Numbered from the stretch's first letter, positions 9,122 to 18,404 are shown. The stretch: 64,000 bases of DNA from Spirochaetota bacterium (GCA_023393015.1 JAEWMY010000037.1:12830-76829); one strand, 5' to 3'. Notes: generated by a model from the sequence alone, not told the origin. Translations and numbers: made by a program.

Positions 9122-11553
9122 CCATGAATACGCAAGGTGCCGTTTTCGCCATCGCGGGAAACCCCAATTCGGGAAAAACGACCCTGTTCAACGCCCTGAC
9201 CGGCAGTCATCAGCGGGTCGGGAACTGGCCGGGCGTGACCGTGGAGCGGAAGTCGGGAACCGTCGTCCTTGAAGGGCGTTCCGTCGAGCTCGTCGACCTG
9301 CCCGGTATCTATTCGCTTTCCTCCCATTCGGAGGACGAGCGTGTCGCGCGTGATTATCTCCTTTCCGGAGAGGCGACCGCGGTCATCAATATCGTCGACG
9401 CGGCCAATCTGGAACGAAACCTCTTTCTTTCGATAAACCTCATCGAGATGCGCGTGCCGCTCGTGCTCGTGCTCAACATGGCGGACCTCGCGGAGAAGCG
9501 CGGTCTTTCGGTCGACCCCGAGGCCTTGTCGGCCTCGCTCGGCGTGCCCGTCTTCCCGATGAACGCCACGAAGGCTGCGGACGTCGCCGCGTTCCGCGAG
9601 TGGCTCGCCTCCCGCCTGACGTCGTTGTGGCCTTCGTCCATGGATATCCAGTATCCCGAACCGGTCGAACGCGCCGTCGCGTCGCTCTTGCCGAAGGTCT
9701 CGGAGCTCGCGGAGGAACTCGGTACCGACGCCCGCTGGGTGTCCCTGAAAATTCTCGAGCGTGACGCCTTTCTGACCGCGAAACTCGTTCGCCTCGGCGC
9801 CGTCAGCGAAGGCGAGATAGCGGCCGCGATCTCGTCGATTGAGGGTGCGGGATTGGACTCGCCCGACGTCGAGATCGCCGCGGCGAAGTACGCCGTGATC
9901 GCCCCCGTCGTTTCGGCCGCGAGAGCGCGCGCCGGGGCGTCATCGGCGAAAAAATCCGCCGGTACCCCGTCGGGTATCTCCGTCGGCGACCGGATCGACC
10001 GCGTCGTCCTGAACCGCGCGCTCGGCATACCGATCTTCCTCGTCGTCATGTACGCCATGTTCTGGGTCGTAATAAACGTCGGCGGCGCCTTTATCGATTT
10101 CTTCGATATCCTTTTCGGAGCCGTGTTCGTGGACGGGTTCGGCAACCTGCTCGCGTCGTTCGGCGCCCCCGAGTGGCTCGTCGCCCTCCTCGCGGGCGGC
10201 GTCGGCGCCGGCATCCAGACGGTCGCTACCTTCGTGCCGATCATGTTCGCCATGTTTTTCATGCTGTCGCTTCTGGAGGACTCGGGTTACATGGCGCGCG
10301 CCGCCTTCGTGATGGATCGCGCCCTCCGCGCCATCGGGCTTCCCGGCAAGGCCTTCATCCCGATGATCGTCGGGTTCGGCTGCACGGTGCCGGCGATCAT
10401 GGCGACGCGCACGCTCGAGAACAAGCGCGACCGGTTCATAACCGTCTTCATGGCCCCGTTCATGTCGTGCGGCGCGCGTCTTCCGGTATACGCCCTCTTC
10501 GGCGCGGCCTTTTTCGGGGCCGTGGCGGACCTTGTCGTGATGAGTCTTTATCTCGTCGGTATCGTCCTGTCGGTGCTTACGGGTTTCATGCTCAAGAACA
10601 CGATGTTCAAGGGAGAACCCGCGCCCTTCGTGATGGAGTTGCCTCCGTATCACCTGCCGAGGCTCCCGAACCTCATGCGGCACGTCGGCGTCAGGCTCGG
10701 CTCTTTCGTGGGTCGGGCGGGAAAGGTGATCGTGATCGTCGTCGCCGTTCTCGGGATTCTCAATTCGATCGGCACGGACGGGAGTTTCGGAAACGAGGAT
10801 ACGGAGGATTCCGTGCTTTCGGCGCTCGGCAAGGGCGTGACGCCGGTGTTCACTCCGATGGGCCTTACCGAGGAGAACTGGCCAGCGACGGTCGGCATGT
10901 TCACCGGGCTCTTCGCGAAGGAAGCCGTCGTCGGCACGCTTAACGGCCTGTACGGACAGCTCGCGTCGGTGACCGGCGCGACCGGCGCGACCGACGCAAT
11001 CGACGCGACCGACGCGACCGACGCGACCGACGCGACCGGCGATTCCGCCGTCGACGGCGCGGACGGCGCGGACGGGATCGCAGGTGACGCCGAGGAGCCG
11101 TGGAGCCTCGCGGACGAGGTTCTCGCGGCCTTCGCCTCGGTACCCGAGGCCTTCGACGGTCTCGCCGGGACCATCCTTGACCCGGTCGGCGCGTCGATAA
11201 TCACGGACGACGAGGAGGCGGTCGCGGAAAGCGTGGAGGCGGACGTCGGGGTGTTCGGCGCGATGCGAACCTACTTCGGGGGCGACGTACACGCGGCGTA
11301 CGCGTATCTCCTCTTTATCCTGGTGTACTTTCCCTGTCTCGCCGCGCTCGGGGCGATCATCCGCGAGATAGGCCCGCTGTTCGGCTGGATCGCGATCGGT
11401 TACCTGACGGCGCTCGCCTGGATAACGGCGACGCTTTACTATCAGATAGCCGCGGCGCGCGAGGCGGTGTGGATAGCGGTTCCCCTCGCCTTGCTCGCGG
11501 TTATCGTCGCGGCTTTCTCCCTCTTGAGGAAAAAGGCCCTGGCGACGGTGTAG
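9118..11553 (+). CDS. feoB: Ferrous iron transporter FeoB
   Basis: N-terminal G domain AIAGNPNSGKTTLFNALTG...VDLPGIYSL...NMAD followed by a polytopic membrane domain (GIPIFLVVMY..., FIPMIVGFGCTVPAIMATR). It contains an unusual Thr/Asp/Gly/Ala repeat insertion. Confidence 0.95.
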   Translation: MTMNTQGAVFAIAGNPNSGKTTLFNALTGSHQRVGNWPGVTVERKSGTVVLEGRSVELVDLPGIYSLSSHSEDERVARDYLLSGEATAVINIVDAANLERNLFLSINLIEMRVPLVLVLNMADLAEKRGLSVDPEALSASLGVPVFPMNATKAADVAAFREWLASRLTSLWPSSMDIQYPEPVERAVASLLPKVSELAEELGTDARWVSLKILERDAFLTAKLVRLGAVSEGEIAAAISSIEGAGLDSPDVEIAAAKYAVIAPVVSAARARAGASSAKKSAGTPSGISVGDRIDRVVLNRALGIPIFLVVMYAMFWVVINVGGAFIDFFDILFGAVFVDGFGNLLASFGAPEWLVALLAGGVGAGIQTVATFVPIMFAMFFMLSLLEDSGYMARAAFVMDRALRAIGLPGKAFIPMIVGFGCTVPAIMATRTLENKRDRFITVFMAPFMSCGARLPVYALFGAAFFGAVADLVVMSLYLVGIVLSVLTGFMLKNTMFKGEPAPFVMELPPYHLPRLPNLMRHVGVRLGSFVGRAGKVIVIVVAVLGILNSIGTDGSFGNEDTEDSVLSALGKGVTPVFTPMGLTEENWPATVGMFTGLFAKEAVVGTLNGLYGQLASVTGATGATDAIDATDATDATDATGDSAVDGADGADGIAGDAEEPWSLADEVLAAFASVPEAFDGLAGTILDPVGASIITDDEEAVAESVEADVGVFGAMRTYFGGDVHAAYAYLLFILVYFPCLAALGAIIREIGPLFGWIAIGYLTALAWITATLYYQIAAAREAVWIAVPLALLAVIVAAFSLLRKKALATV
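10972..11043 (+). repeat. In-frame 9-nt tandem repeat (8 units, ACCG[G/A]CGCG) inside feoB
   Basis: accggcgcg accggcgcg accgacgca atcgacgcg accgacgcg accgacgcg accgacgcg accggcgat encodes TGATGATDAIDATDATDATDATGD. It is followed by two further 9-nt units, gacggcgcg x2 (DGADGA). Confidence 0.9.
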
Positions 11554-11578
11554 GGAACGTTCGGGTCGACCGCGTGAA

Positions 11579-11609
11579 GGGACGGCGCGGAAACGCTCCG
11601 TCCCTTTTT
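11579..11609 (+). terminator. Rho-independent terminator after feoB
   Basis: GGGACGGCGCG-GAAA-CGCTCCGTCCC (11-bp stem with one mismatch, GAAA tetraloop) followed by TTTTT. Confidence 0.75.
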
Positions 11610-11647
11610 CTATATGAAGCGCCCGGTTGCGCGCGGCGCCGGACCCG

Positions 11648-12289
11648 TCAGTAGCCGAGCGACTCGCCGACGATCACGACGGTGAAGTCGCTTTTTCCGG
11701 GGCGGCGTTTGAAGACCGAGTAGACCTTGCAGATACGCGTCTCCGCCTTGCAGTCTTCGCACGTTCCCGTCTTCGTGCAGGCGTTTCCGGTTTCGAGACG
11801 CTTGTTGTTGAGCGGCGAGGCGACGAGCTCGAGCCGCGCTTCCGCCTCGGCCATGTTCCGCACGATCTTGTTGTATCCCGCCACGACGACCGTTTTTTTC
11901 GGGCCGAAGGTGAGGGCCGCGACGCGGTTCCCGTTTCCGTCGATGTTGTAAAGCTCGCCGTCGAGGGTGACGGCGTTCGTGCCCGAGAGGAAGAGGTCGC
12001 ACGTGAGTTGCGCGCGCATGACCTCCGTCTTCTCGTCGGGCGTGAGACCCTTTCTCGAATGGTTGAGGACCACGGCCCCCTTGTCCTCGAGCCTCTTGTG
12101 GAGGCCGAGCGCGGCGAGCGTCATCGATCCGCCCGTTCCCACGCGCATGTCGGGGGACACGAGGGCGTCGATCCAGTCGGCGGCCGCCGCGCCCGTCTCG
12201 AAGTACCGCGCCTCGAAGCCGTTCTTTTTAAGGGCGGCGCAGGCCGCCTCCGCGAGCGTTTTCGCGTGCCATCGTTCCGTATCCGTCAT
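11648..12289 (-). CDS. LUD-domain (DUF162, LutC/YkgG-like) protein
   Basis: MTDTERWHAKTLAEAACAALKKNGFEARYF...VGTGGSMTLAALGL...LSGTNAVTLDGELYNIDGNGNRVAALTFGPKKTVVVAGYNKIV with a C-terminal Cys cluster CTKTGTCEDCK. The ATG at 12289 is preceded by AGGGGGA; the track ORF begins at a TTG at 12310. Confidence 0.75.
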   Translation of the reverse strand: MTDTERWHAKTLAEAACAALKKNGFEARYFETGAAAADWIDALVSPDMRVGTGGSMTLAALGLHKRLEDKGAVVLNHSRKGLTPDEKTEVMRAQLTCDLFLSGTNAVTLDGELYNIDGNGNRVAALTFGPKKTVVVAGYNKIVRNMAEAEARLELVASPLNNKRLETGNACTKTGTCEDCKAETRICKVYSVFKRRPGKSDFTVVIVGESLGY

Positions 12290-12352
12290 GTCGAGTCCCC
12301 CTATTGTCAAGTTCCGCGTCGTTTACCATACTCCGAAGCGGGAGAAAACGCA

Positions 12353-13324
12353 ATGCCGAAAATCGTAGCCTGCACGCTCTCGAGTACCATTCAAAAAACG
12401 ATTCTTTTTCCGCGTCTCGCCCTCGGCGAGGTGAACCGCTCGTCTTCTTACCGTCTTGACGCTTCCGGCAAGGCGGTGAATCTCGCCCGCGTCCTCGGCG
12501 AGATCGATCCGGGGTGCGTCGTCGCCCTCTGTCCCGTGGGCGAGGATAACGCCGGCGTCTTCATGTCGCTCGCGCGGAAGGACGGGCTCGACGTCCGAGC
12601 GGTTCCGGTGCCCGGACTCACGCGTTACTGCTATACGCTGCTTTCGCCCGACGGCGGGGGATACGCCGCGACGGAGCTCGTCGTTTCCGAACCGACGTCG
12701 AACGAGGCCGCGGCCGAACGCGCCTTCGCGCGGGCGGGCGAGCGCTTTCTCGAGGAACTCGACGGACTGCTCGACGGCGCGGACGCCCTCGCGATAGCCG
12801 GCAGCCGGCCCGCCTCGTACCCCGCCGATCTCTATACCCGTACGTGCGCGCTGGCGCGATCCCGCGGAGTGCCCTGCATGGCCGACTTTCACGGCGGGGA
12901 TCTTGCCGCCGCGGTAGCCGACGCGTGTCCCCGGATCATCAAGATAAACGAGGAGGAATTTCTCGGTACCTTCGGCTACGGCTCCCGCGTCGGCGACGGT
13001 TCCGATATCGGCGCGTCGGCGACGGGAGAGGCCGCCTTGATCAAGCTCGTCGGTGATGTCAGCGCGCGGCTCGGCGCCGCGATAATCGTGACGCGCGGCG
13101 CGCGCGACGTCATCGCCTCTGATTCGGGCGTTTCCGTCGTCGCCCCGGTCGCGTCGGTCACGCCCGTCAACGTCATCGGGTGCGGAGACGCCTTCTCGGC
13201 GGGATTCCTGCACGCGTGGATATCGGGACTCGGTCTCGCGGCGGCGATCGCCGAGGGCTCGCGGTGCGCCTCCCTCAACGCGCGTTCGATCCGCCCGGGG
13301 TCGGTGCGTGCCGGGTTGGAATGA
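12353..13324 (+). CDS. PfkB-family sugar(-phosphate) kinase (1-phosphofructokinase/tagatose-6-P kinase-like)
   Basis: MPKIVACTLSSTIQKTILFPRLALGEVNRSSSYRLDASGKAVNLARVL at the N-terminus and VNVIGCGDAFSAGFL (the PfkB G-x-GD anion-hole motif) near the C-terminus. The real start is the ATG at 12353 inside the long shadow-extended ORF 11627..13324. Confidence 0.85.
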   Translation: MPKIVACTLSSTIQKTILFPRLALGEVNRSSSYRLDASGKAVNLARVLGEIDPGCVVALCPVGEDNAGVFMSLARKDGLDVRAVPVPGLTRYCYTLLSPDGGGYAATELVVSEPTSNEAAAERAFARAGERFLEELDGLLDGADALAIAGSRPASYPADLYTRTCALARSRGVPCMADFHGGDLAAAVADACPRIIKINEEEFLGTFGYGSRVGDGSDIGASATGEAALIKLVGDVSARLGAAIIVTRGARDVIASDSGVSVVAPVASVTPVNVIGCGDAFSAGFLHAWISGLGLAAAIAEGSRCASLNARSIRPGSVRAGLE

Positions 13325-13374
13325 ATATCGCCGGGGTACTGGAAAAGCTGGTCGATTAGCGTCATTATAAGGGT

Positions 13375-14451
13375 ATGACCAGCGGGGAGTTTCAGGTTTT
13401 CTTCGATCGTTTTCTCGACGAGTGTCCTGTCGAGCCGTTCAAGCCCGGCGTGCCGCTCGTTATTTTCAGCGACCTGCACATGGGAAACGGCGGGTCGCGC
13501 GACGACCTGTCGCGGAATCGCGCTCTCGTCGAAGCCGTCCTTCCGCTCTGGTATCTCGAGCGGGGGCATACCCTCATACTCAACGGCGACGTCGAGGACC
13601 TCAACAAGTTCCCCCTTCGTTCCGTCAGAAAAGCCTGGCCGCTCCTTTACGAGACGTTCGCCGCGTTTCGCGACCGAGGTTCCCTTCGCAAGATAGTGGG
13701 CAATCACGATTTCGCCCTCATCGGCGAACGGGACTATCCCTTCGAGATGCTGCCGGGACTCGTCATGACCCGCGGTAGCGACCGCGTGTTCTTCTTTCAC
13801 GGACACCAGTCGTCGGACCGGTACGTCAAATACGAGAAGCTGTTCAGCCTCATGATACGATTCCTCGCGAAGCCGCTGCACATACGGAACTCGAGCGTCT
13901 CGAAGGATTCGCGCAGGAGGTTCCAGACGGAACGGCGCGTGTACCGGGCCGTCAGGAACTCCTCGATCATGGGCGTTACCGCGCACACGCACCGGCCGAT
14001 GTTCGAGTCCCTCTCGAAATACGACAACATACGGTTCCGCGTCGAGGCCCTCCTCATCGAGTACAACGGGGCGCAAGAGACGAGAAAGCGCGAGATCGAA
14101 CGGAAGGTCGAAATGCTGCGGCGCGAGATGGAACTGCTTTCCGACACCGGTCCCGAGTCGAGGAAGACGCAGAGCCTCTATGACGACGGGCCGTTCCTGG
14201 TGCCGTGCCTTTTCAACTCGGGAAGCGCGACGGGCCGCCACGGCGTCACCGCCCTCGAGATGGCGGACGAGCGGATATCCCTCGTGTACTGGACCGACGG
14301 TATGAACGACCGTCCGTACATCACCGCCGAGGCGATCGCGACCGAGACGCTCGCGGGACGGTGGCACCGGTATACCCTTCATACCGAAAGCCTCGACGCG
14401 ATATTCAACCGGATACGCCTGCTCGGCGGTGCGACGCCTTCCGCGAAGTGA
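13375..14451 (+). CDS. Calcineurin-like metallophosphoesterase
   Basis: Motifs in order: SDLHMG, NGDVEDL, VGNHDF, FFHGHQ, TAHTHRP. This is the canonical D-x-H / GD / GNH[DE] / H / GH-x-H metallophosphoesterase set. Confidence 0.8.
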   Translation: MTSGEFQVFFDRFLDECPVEPFKPGVPLVIFSDLHMGNGGSRDDLSRNRALVEAVLPLWYLERGHTLILNGDVEDLNKFPLRSVRKAWPLLYETFAAFRDRGSLRKIVGNHDFALIGERDYPFEMLPGLVMTRGSDRVFFFHGHQSSDRYVKYEKLFSLMIRFLAKPLHIRNSSVSKDSRRRFQTERRVYRAVRNSSIMGVTAHTHRPMFESLSKYDNIRFRVEALLIEYNGAQETRKREIERKVEMLRREMELLSDTGPESRKTQSLYDDGPFLVPCLFNSGSATGRHGVTALEMADERISLVYWTDGMNDRPYITAEAIATETLAGRWHRYTLHTESLDAIFNRIRLLGGATPSAK

Positions 14452-14460
14452 CCGTTCTCG

Positions 14461-14489
14461 TTGACAAATTCGTTCCGCGGCTCCACAAT
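14461..14489 (+). promoter_or_regulatory. Sigma70-like promoter upstream of the DUF2339-like gene
   Basis: TTGACA (14461-14466), a 17-nt spacer, then CACAAT (14484-14489), about 35 nt upstream of the ATG at 14524. Confidence 0.4.
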
Positions 14490-14523
14490 GAGCCGTTACG
14501 AACGAACAATACCGGGGTAGTGC

Positions 14524-17055
14524 ATGGACATAGTACGCGCGTTGCGGGAACGGTTACGCGACCATAAGACGTCGCTTTCGGCCCTCGAGGGTCTTGTCGA
14601 CGAGATGGAGAAGACGGACGTCGTCAGGGAAAACGACCGGCTGAAGACGGAGAACCTCGAGCTTTCGTCGGCGGTCGGAAAGGCCCGCGAGGAGATACTC
14701 GACTTGCGGACGCGACTCGGAGAGCTCAAGGGAGCCCTCGCGGAACAGATCGCGAGCGAGCGGATGTCCGTGCTGAAACTCTCGCGCGAAAGGCTCGACG
14801 CCCTGTTCGACGGCGCGGAGGCCTCCGGTCTCAACGCGCTTTCCGCGATGCGGCGGCGTCACGCCGAGGAGCTGTCGCGCTATCGCATGGCCCTGCCCGA
14901 GCGACTCGAGCGCGAGAACGCCGGGATAACCGCGGAGATAGACGCCCTCAACGAGAAACTTCGGGCGCGCGTCGAGGAAATACGCCGATCAGAGGAAGCG
15001 GAACGGGAGCGGATGCGCGCGGCGCACGACGACGAATACCGCGCTCTCTCCGACCGAGGCGTCGACGACGAGACGATCGCCCGCAGGACGCGCCGGAACA
15101 AGATGGAGATGAAGGTCGGCCTCGGCCTCGTCAACAAGGCCGGCGTCATATTGATCCTGCTCGGGGTCGGCGCGAGCGTGCAGTACGGGTACTCGCGTTT
15201 CTTCAACGACTGGGTAAAGGGGACATTCGCGTTTTTCGTCGCGCTCGCGCTTTCGGCCGTCGGCGAGCTGGCGTTCAGGAAAAAGCAGACGGTATTCGCC
15301 TCCGGACTGACGGGCGGCGGGATCGCCGCGCTTTACGGCGCGCTCTTCTACTCGCACTTCACGCTCGGAATCGTCCATATCGCGCCGGCGATCGTCATAT
15401 CGGTACTGATCGCGGTCGCGTCCGTGCTCCTGACCGTCCGGTACGATTCCGAGACGATCGGAGTCATCTCCCTCGCGGGCGGATTCATTCCCTTCTTTTC
15501 CTACTCGTTCAGTTTCGACTTCACCGTCGCGACGGCCCATGTCGCCTTCGCGTACATCCTTCTCCTGAACGCGACGCTCGTCGCGATCTCTTACGTCAAA
15601 TCCTGGAGAATCGCCTCGTGGGTGAGCTTCGCCCTCCACGTGCCCTGCGTCGTCTATCTCGTTTCAGAGATCCCATCGGTTTCCGCGTCGGTCGCGTATC
15701 TCGCCTGCTCCTACGCGATGTACCAGTTGGCCGTGCTGCTCAAGCCCCTGCGCCACAAACGCGAGCCGAGCGTGTCCGATATCGTCCTTCTGTCGCTCAA
15801 TTCGCTGTTCGTCGCGCTCTCGGTATACGCGGTCTTCGCGGAGGCGGGCCTCGGCGAGTACTACGGCGCCGTCGCTGTCGTCTTTTCCGGGATCTTCGTC
15901 GCGCAGGGTCTCGCGATGTACCGCTTCTTCTCCGAGAGGAGCGTCTCCACGGCTCTCCTGTTCGGGTGCGGGCTCACCTTCTCCGTGCTCGCCATCCCGT
16001 TCCAGTTCGGTCTCGAGTGGGCCTTGCTCGGATGGGCCGTCGAGGGCGTCTTCCTTTCGGTCGTCGGCAACCGCTATCGCGCGCGGTACGTCGAGGTCGC
16101 AGGTTGGGTCGTGCTATTCCTTTCCCTCGTCGCCTTCTACGCCGGAGACCTTTCTCCCTTCCTGGAGACGGGCGCGTCCGACGGGATCACCTTCAAATCG
16201 ACCGCCATCCTGATTTCGTTCATACTCCTTTCCTCGTATTACGGTTGGTATCTCCGCGAGGGGAATCGCCGCATCAAAACCGCCGCGACGACGGTCGCGA
16301 ACGTCGCGACGCTCCTCGTGGCCTGGGTGTATGTCCTGACCCTCGTTCCGCATTGGGTCGCCCGCGGCCTCGACGCCGCCCTCGAAGGGGGCGCCGTATC
16401 CCTCGCGGGCCTCGAGTCCTATTTCGGCATGGTCGCCCTTTCGATGGCCCATCTCCTTCTCGCCGTTCTCGTCCGGCGCGCCCCCTTCCTCCGGGAGGGC
16501 GGATACCGGCACGCCGCGACCTTCTTCAACGTACTCGCGGGACTGTATCTTCTCGCGTGCAACGCGACAGCGCGGGTCCTGCCGGCGTCCGGATACCCCG
16601 ACGCCGTACGCTGGACCGCTTTCGCGCTCTTGGTCGCGTATAACGCCGTCTACGCGCTCGTGCTCCGCTCGATCGTGCTCGACGCGATCAAGTCTGGCCT
16701 GCGGTCCCTCGAGATATACCCGCCGGCCGTAGCCGCCTGGCTCCTCTCGGCAATCGTCTCGACGATGGTCGTGCAGTTCGATCTCGGTTTCGAGTCCGTT
16801 GCGATTACGACAGTCGTGCTCGTTTTCTCCCTCGGATCCGTCGCGTACGGTTTCGTCAGGCGCTATCGCGTCATAAGGATCGCGGGGCTTTCCCTCGTCG
16901 TCATAACGCTCGCGAAGTTTTTCGTGTTCGATCTCGACGGACTCAAACTCGAGTATCGTATCGCTTCGTTCTTCGGGTACGGTCTCATCCTCATCGCGAT
17001 ATCGTTCCTGTATCAGCGACTCAAGCAGACCCTTGAGTCGGAGGATAGGCGATGA
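14524..17055 (+). CDS. Large polytopic membrane protein with an N-terminal coiled coil (DUF2339-like)
   Basis: 843 aa. The first ~190 aa are charged and coiled-coil-like (LRERLRDHKTSLSALEGLVDEMEK...), followed by about 20 hydrophobic spans. This architecture matches what I remember of the DUF2339 family. High GC3. Confidence 0.75.
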   Translation: MDIVRALRERLRDHKTSLSALEGLVDEMEKTDVVRENDRLKTENLELSSAVGKAREEILDLRTRLGELKGALAEQIASERMSVLKLSRERLDALFDGAEASGLNALSAMRRRHAEELSRYRMALPERLERENAGITAEIDALNEKLRARVEEIRRSEEAERERMRAAHDDEYRALSDRGVDDETIARRTRRNKMEMKVGLGLVNKAGVILILLGVGASVQYGYSRFFNDWVKGTFAFFVALALSAVGELAFRKKQTVFASGLTGGGIAALYGALFYSHFTLGIVHIAPAIVISVLIAVASVLLTVRYDSETIGVISLAGGFIPFFSYSFSFDFTVATAHVAFAYILLLNATLVAISYVKSWRIASWVSFALHVPCVVYLVSEIPSVSASVAYLACSYAMYQLAVLLKPLRHKREPSVSDIVLLSLNSLFVALSVYAVFAEAGLGEYYGAVAVVFSGIFVAQGLAMYRFFSERSVSTALLFGCGLTFSVLAIPFQFGLEWALLGWAVEGVFLSVVGNRYRARYVEVAGWVVLFLSLVAFYAGDLSPFLETGASDGITFKSTAILISFILLSSYYGWYLREGNRRIKTAATTVANVATLLVAWVYVLTLVPHWVARGLDAALEGGAVSLAGLESYFGMVALSMAHLLLAVLVRRAPFLREGGYRHAATFFNVLAGLYLLACNATARVLPASGYPDAVRWTAFALLVAYNAVYALVLRSIVLDAIKSGLRSLEIYPPAVAAWLLSAIVSTMVVQFDLGFESVAITTVVLVFSLGSVAYGFVRRYRVIRIAGLSLVVITLAKFFVFDLDGLKLEYRIASFFGYGLILIAISFLYQRLKQTLESEDRR

Positions 17056-18359
17056 GGGCGCGCGCACGGTTTTTTCTGACGATCGCCTTCGCCTTGCTGT
17101 CGGTCTCGTCGGCGTCCCGCGCGTTCGGATCAGAGCCCGACGACCGCGACGCGCGGCCTCTTGACTCCTCGCGTTTCGCCTTCACGCAGGATATCGAGAT
17201 CGACGGCGACGTCGGCGGAAGGACGGGAGCGAACGGCGTCGACTATCGGTACATCGCGCTCGGCGGCGAGCACTACCGCGCCTGCCGCGACGATCTCGGC
17301 GATATCAGGATTTTCGATTCCCTCGGCGCGCAGTGCCCGTACATCCTCGACTCGCGCGAGACGGGCGTGACTCGCGAGATCAAAAGCCGCGTCGCGCGCG
17401 AGACCGCCCGAGGCGCCGGAGGGGAAGGCGACGCCGCGTATACCTGGCGCGAATACCAGATAGTCGACTACGAAGAACCGCTCGAGGTGAACGCGCTCCG
17501 GTTCGGCGTGACGGAGGGCGATTTCTCCGCTCGGATCGAGGCGTACGGAAGGGACGCGAAATCCGACTGGTCCCGCGTAGCGACCGATACGATATATCGG
17601 CTTTCCGGGGTCGAGTCGCTTTCGGTCGAGCTCGACTCGATCCTGTACTATCCCTTCTGGCGTATCGAGTCGCGCGGGACGAAGCCTCCCTTCGGCGACG
17701 CGACGCTCGAGGCGGTTCTCGACCGCGAACGGCAGGAAGTGAGGGAATACCGGAAGGAGACCGCGCTCGCGTTCGGTGTCTCCCGAAAGGGCGGAAAGAC
17801 GATCGTCACGACGGAGAATCCCGACCGCCTCGCCGTAACGTCGATATCGATCGAAGCGCCCGCGCCGTTCCGGAGATTCGTTGCCGTCGCGTCAGGCAAG
17901 CGGACCGTGGCTCGCGAAGAGGTATACCGTATCGTCAAGGGCGGGGAAGAGGCGCGCCGGACGAAGATCGTCCTCGACCGGACCGTCCGATCCGAAAAGG
18001 TCGAGCTGACGATCGAGGACGGAGACGACGCGCCGCTCGCCATCGCCGGGATCACGGCGGAATACGCGGTGGACCGCGTCGTTTTCCGGCCGACCGGGAA
18101 TCCTCCCTATCGGCTCGCGTTCGGCAACGTGGACGTCGCGCCTCCCTCGTACGACATGAGCCGGTATCGGGACGACATCCCGCTTTCGCTCGTGCCGCAA
18201 GCAGCCCTTCTCGTCGTCTCTGAGACGCCGGGTTTCCGGCCGGAAGCGGCCGACACCGACGCGGGAAAGACCGTTTTCTCCGTCGTCGTCGTCGCGACAT
18301 CTCTCGCGCTTTCCGCCTTCGTCGTCGTCTTGCTGTTCAAGCGGAAGGACGGGCGGTAA
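17052..18359 (+). CDS. Secreted, C-terminally anchored protein (DUF3999-like), translationally coupled to the DUF2339-like gene
   Basis: ATGA overlap with the upstream stop (17052-17055). Signal peptide MRARARFFLTIAFALLSVSSASRAFG, a soluble ~390-aa domain, and a C-terminal TM FSVVVVATSLALSAFVVVLLF. The family assignment is from memory of the DUF2339/DUF3999 gene pairing and was not searched. Confidence 0.6.
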   Translation: MRARARFFLTIAFALLSVSSASRAFGSEPDDRDARPLDSSRFAFTQDIEIDGDVGGRTGANGVDYRYIALGGEHYRACRDDLGDIRIFDSLGAQCPYILDSRETGVTREIKSRVARETARGAGGEGDAAYTWREYQIVDYEEPLEVNALRFGVTEGDFSARIEAYGRDAKSDWSRVATDTIYRLSGVESLSVELDSILYYPFWRIESRGTKPPFGDATLEAVLDRERQEVREYRKETALAFGVSRKGGKTIVTTENPDRLAVTSISIEAPAPFRRFVAVASGKRTVAREEVYRIVKGGEEARRTKIVLDRTVRSEKVELTIEDGDDAPLAIAGITAEYAVDRVVFRPTGNPPYRLAFGNVDVAPPSYDMSRYRDDIPLSLVPQAALLVVSETPGFRPEAADTDAGKTVFSVVVVATSLALSAFVVVLLFKRKDGR

Positions 18360-18404
18360 GCGCCTGTCAAGGGGAAATGTCGTCGTTGGCGAATGATGTC
18401 TTTC

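Noticed and set aside
10972-11075. The short tandem repeats in feoB, and the His/Asp-rich repeat DNA in the ZnuA-like gene (7430-7510), as possible CRISPR or other non-coding repeat arrays.
   Set aside because: The units are 9 nt (or irregular codon repeats), contiguous without spacers, and in-frame within clearly coding genes.
13375-14451. The metallophosphoesterase as LpxH, or as part of the DUF2339/DUF3999 operon.
   Set aside because: It is ~120 aa longer than LpxH as I remember it, and only the generic metallophosphoesterase motifs match. A 72-nt gap with a promoter-like site separates it from the DUF2339-like gene. No specific function or operon membership is asserted.
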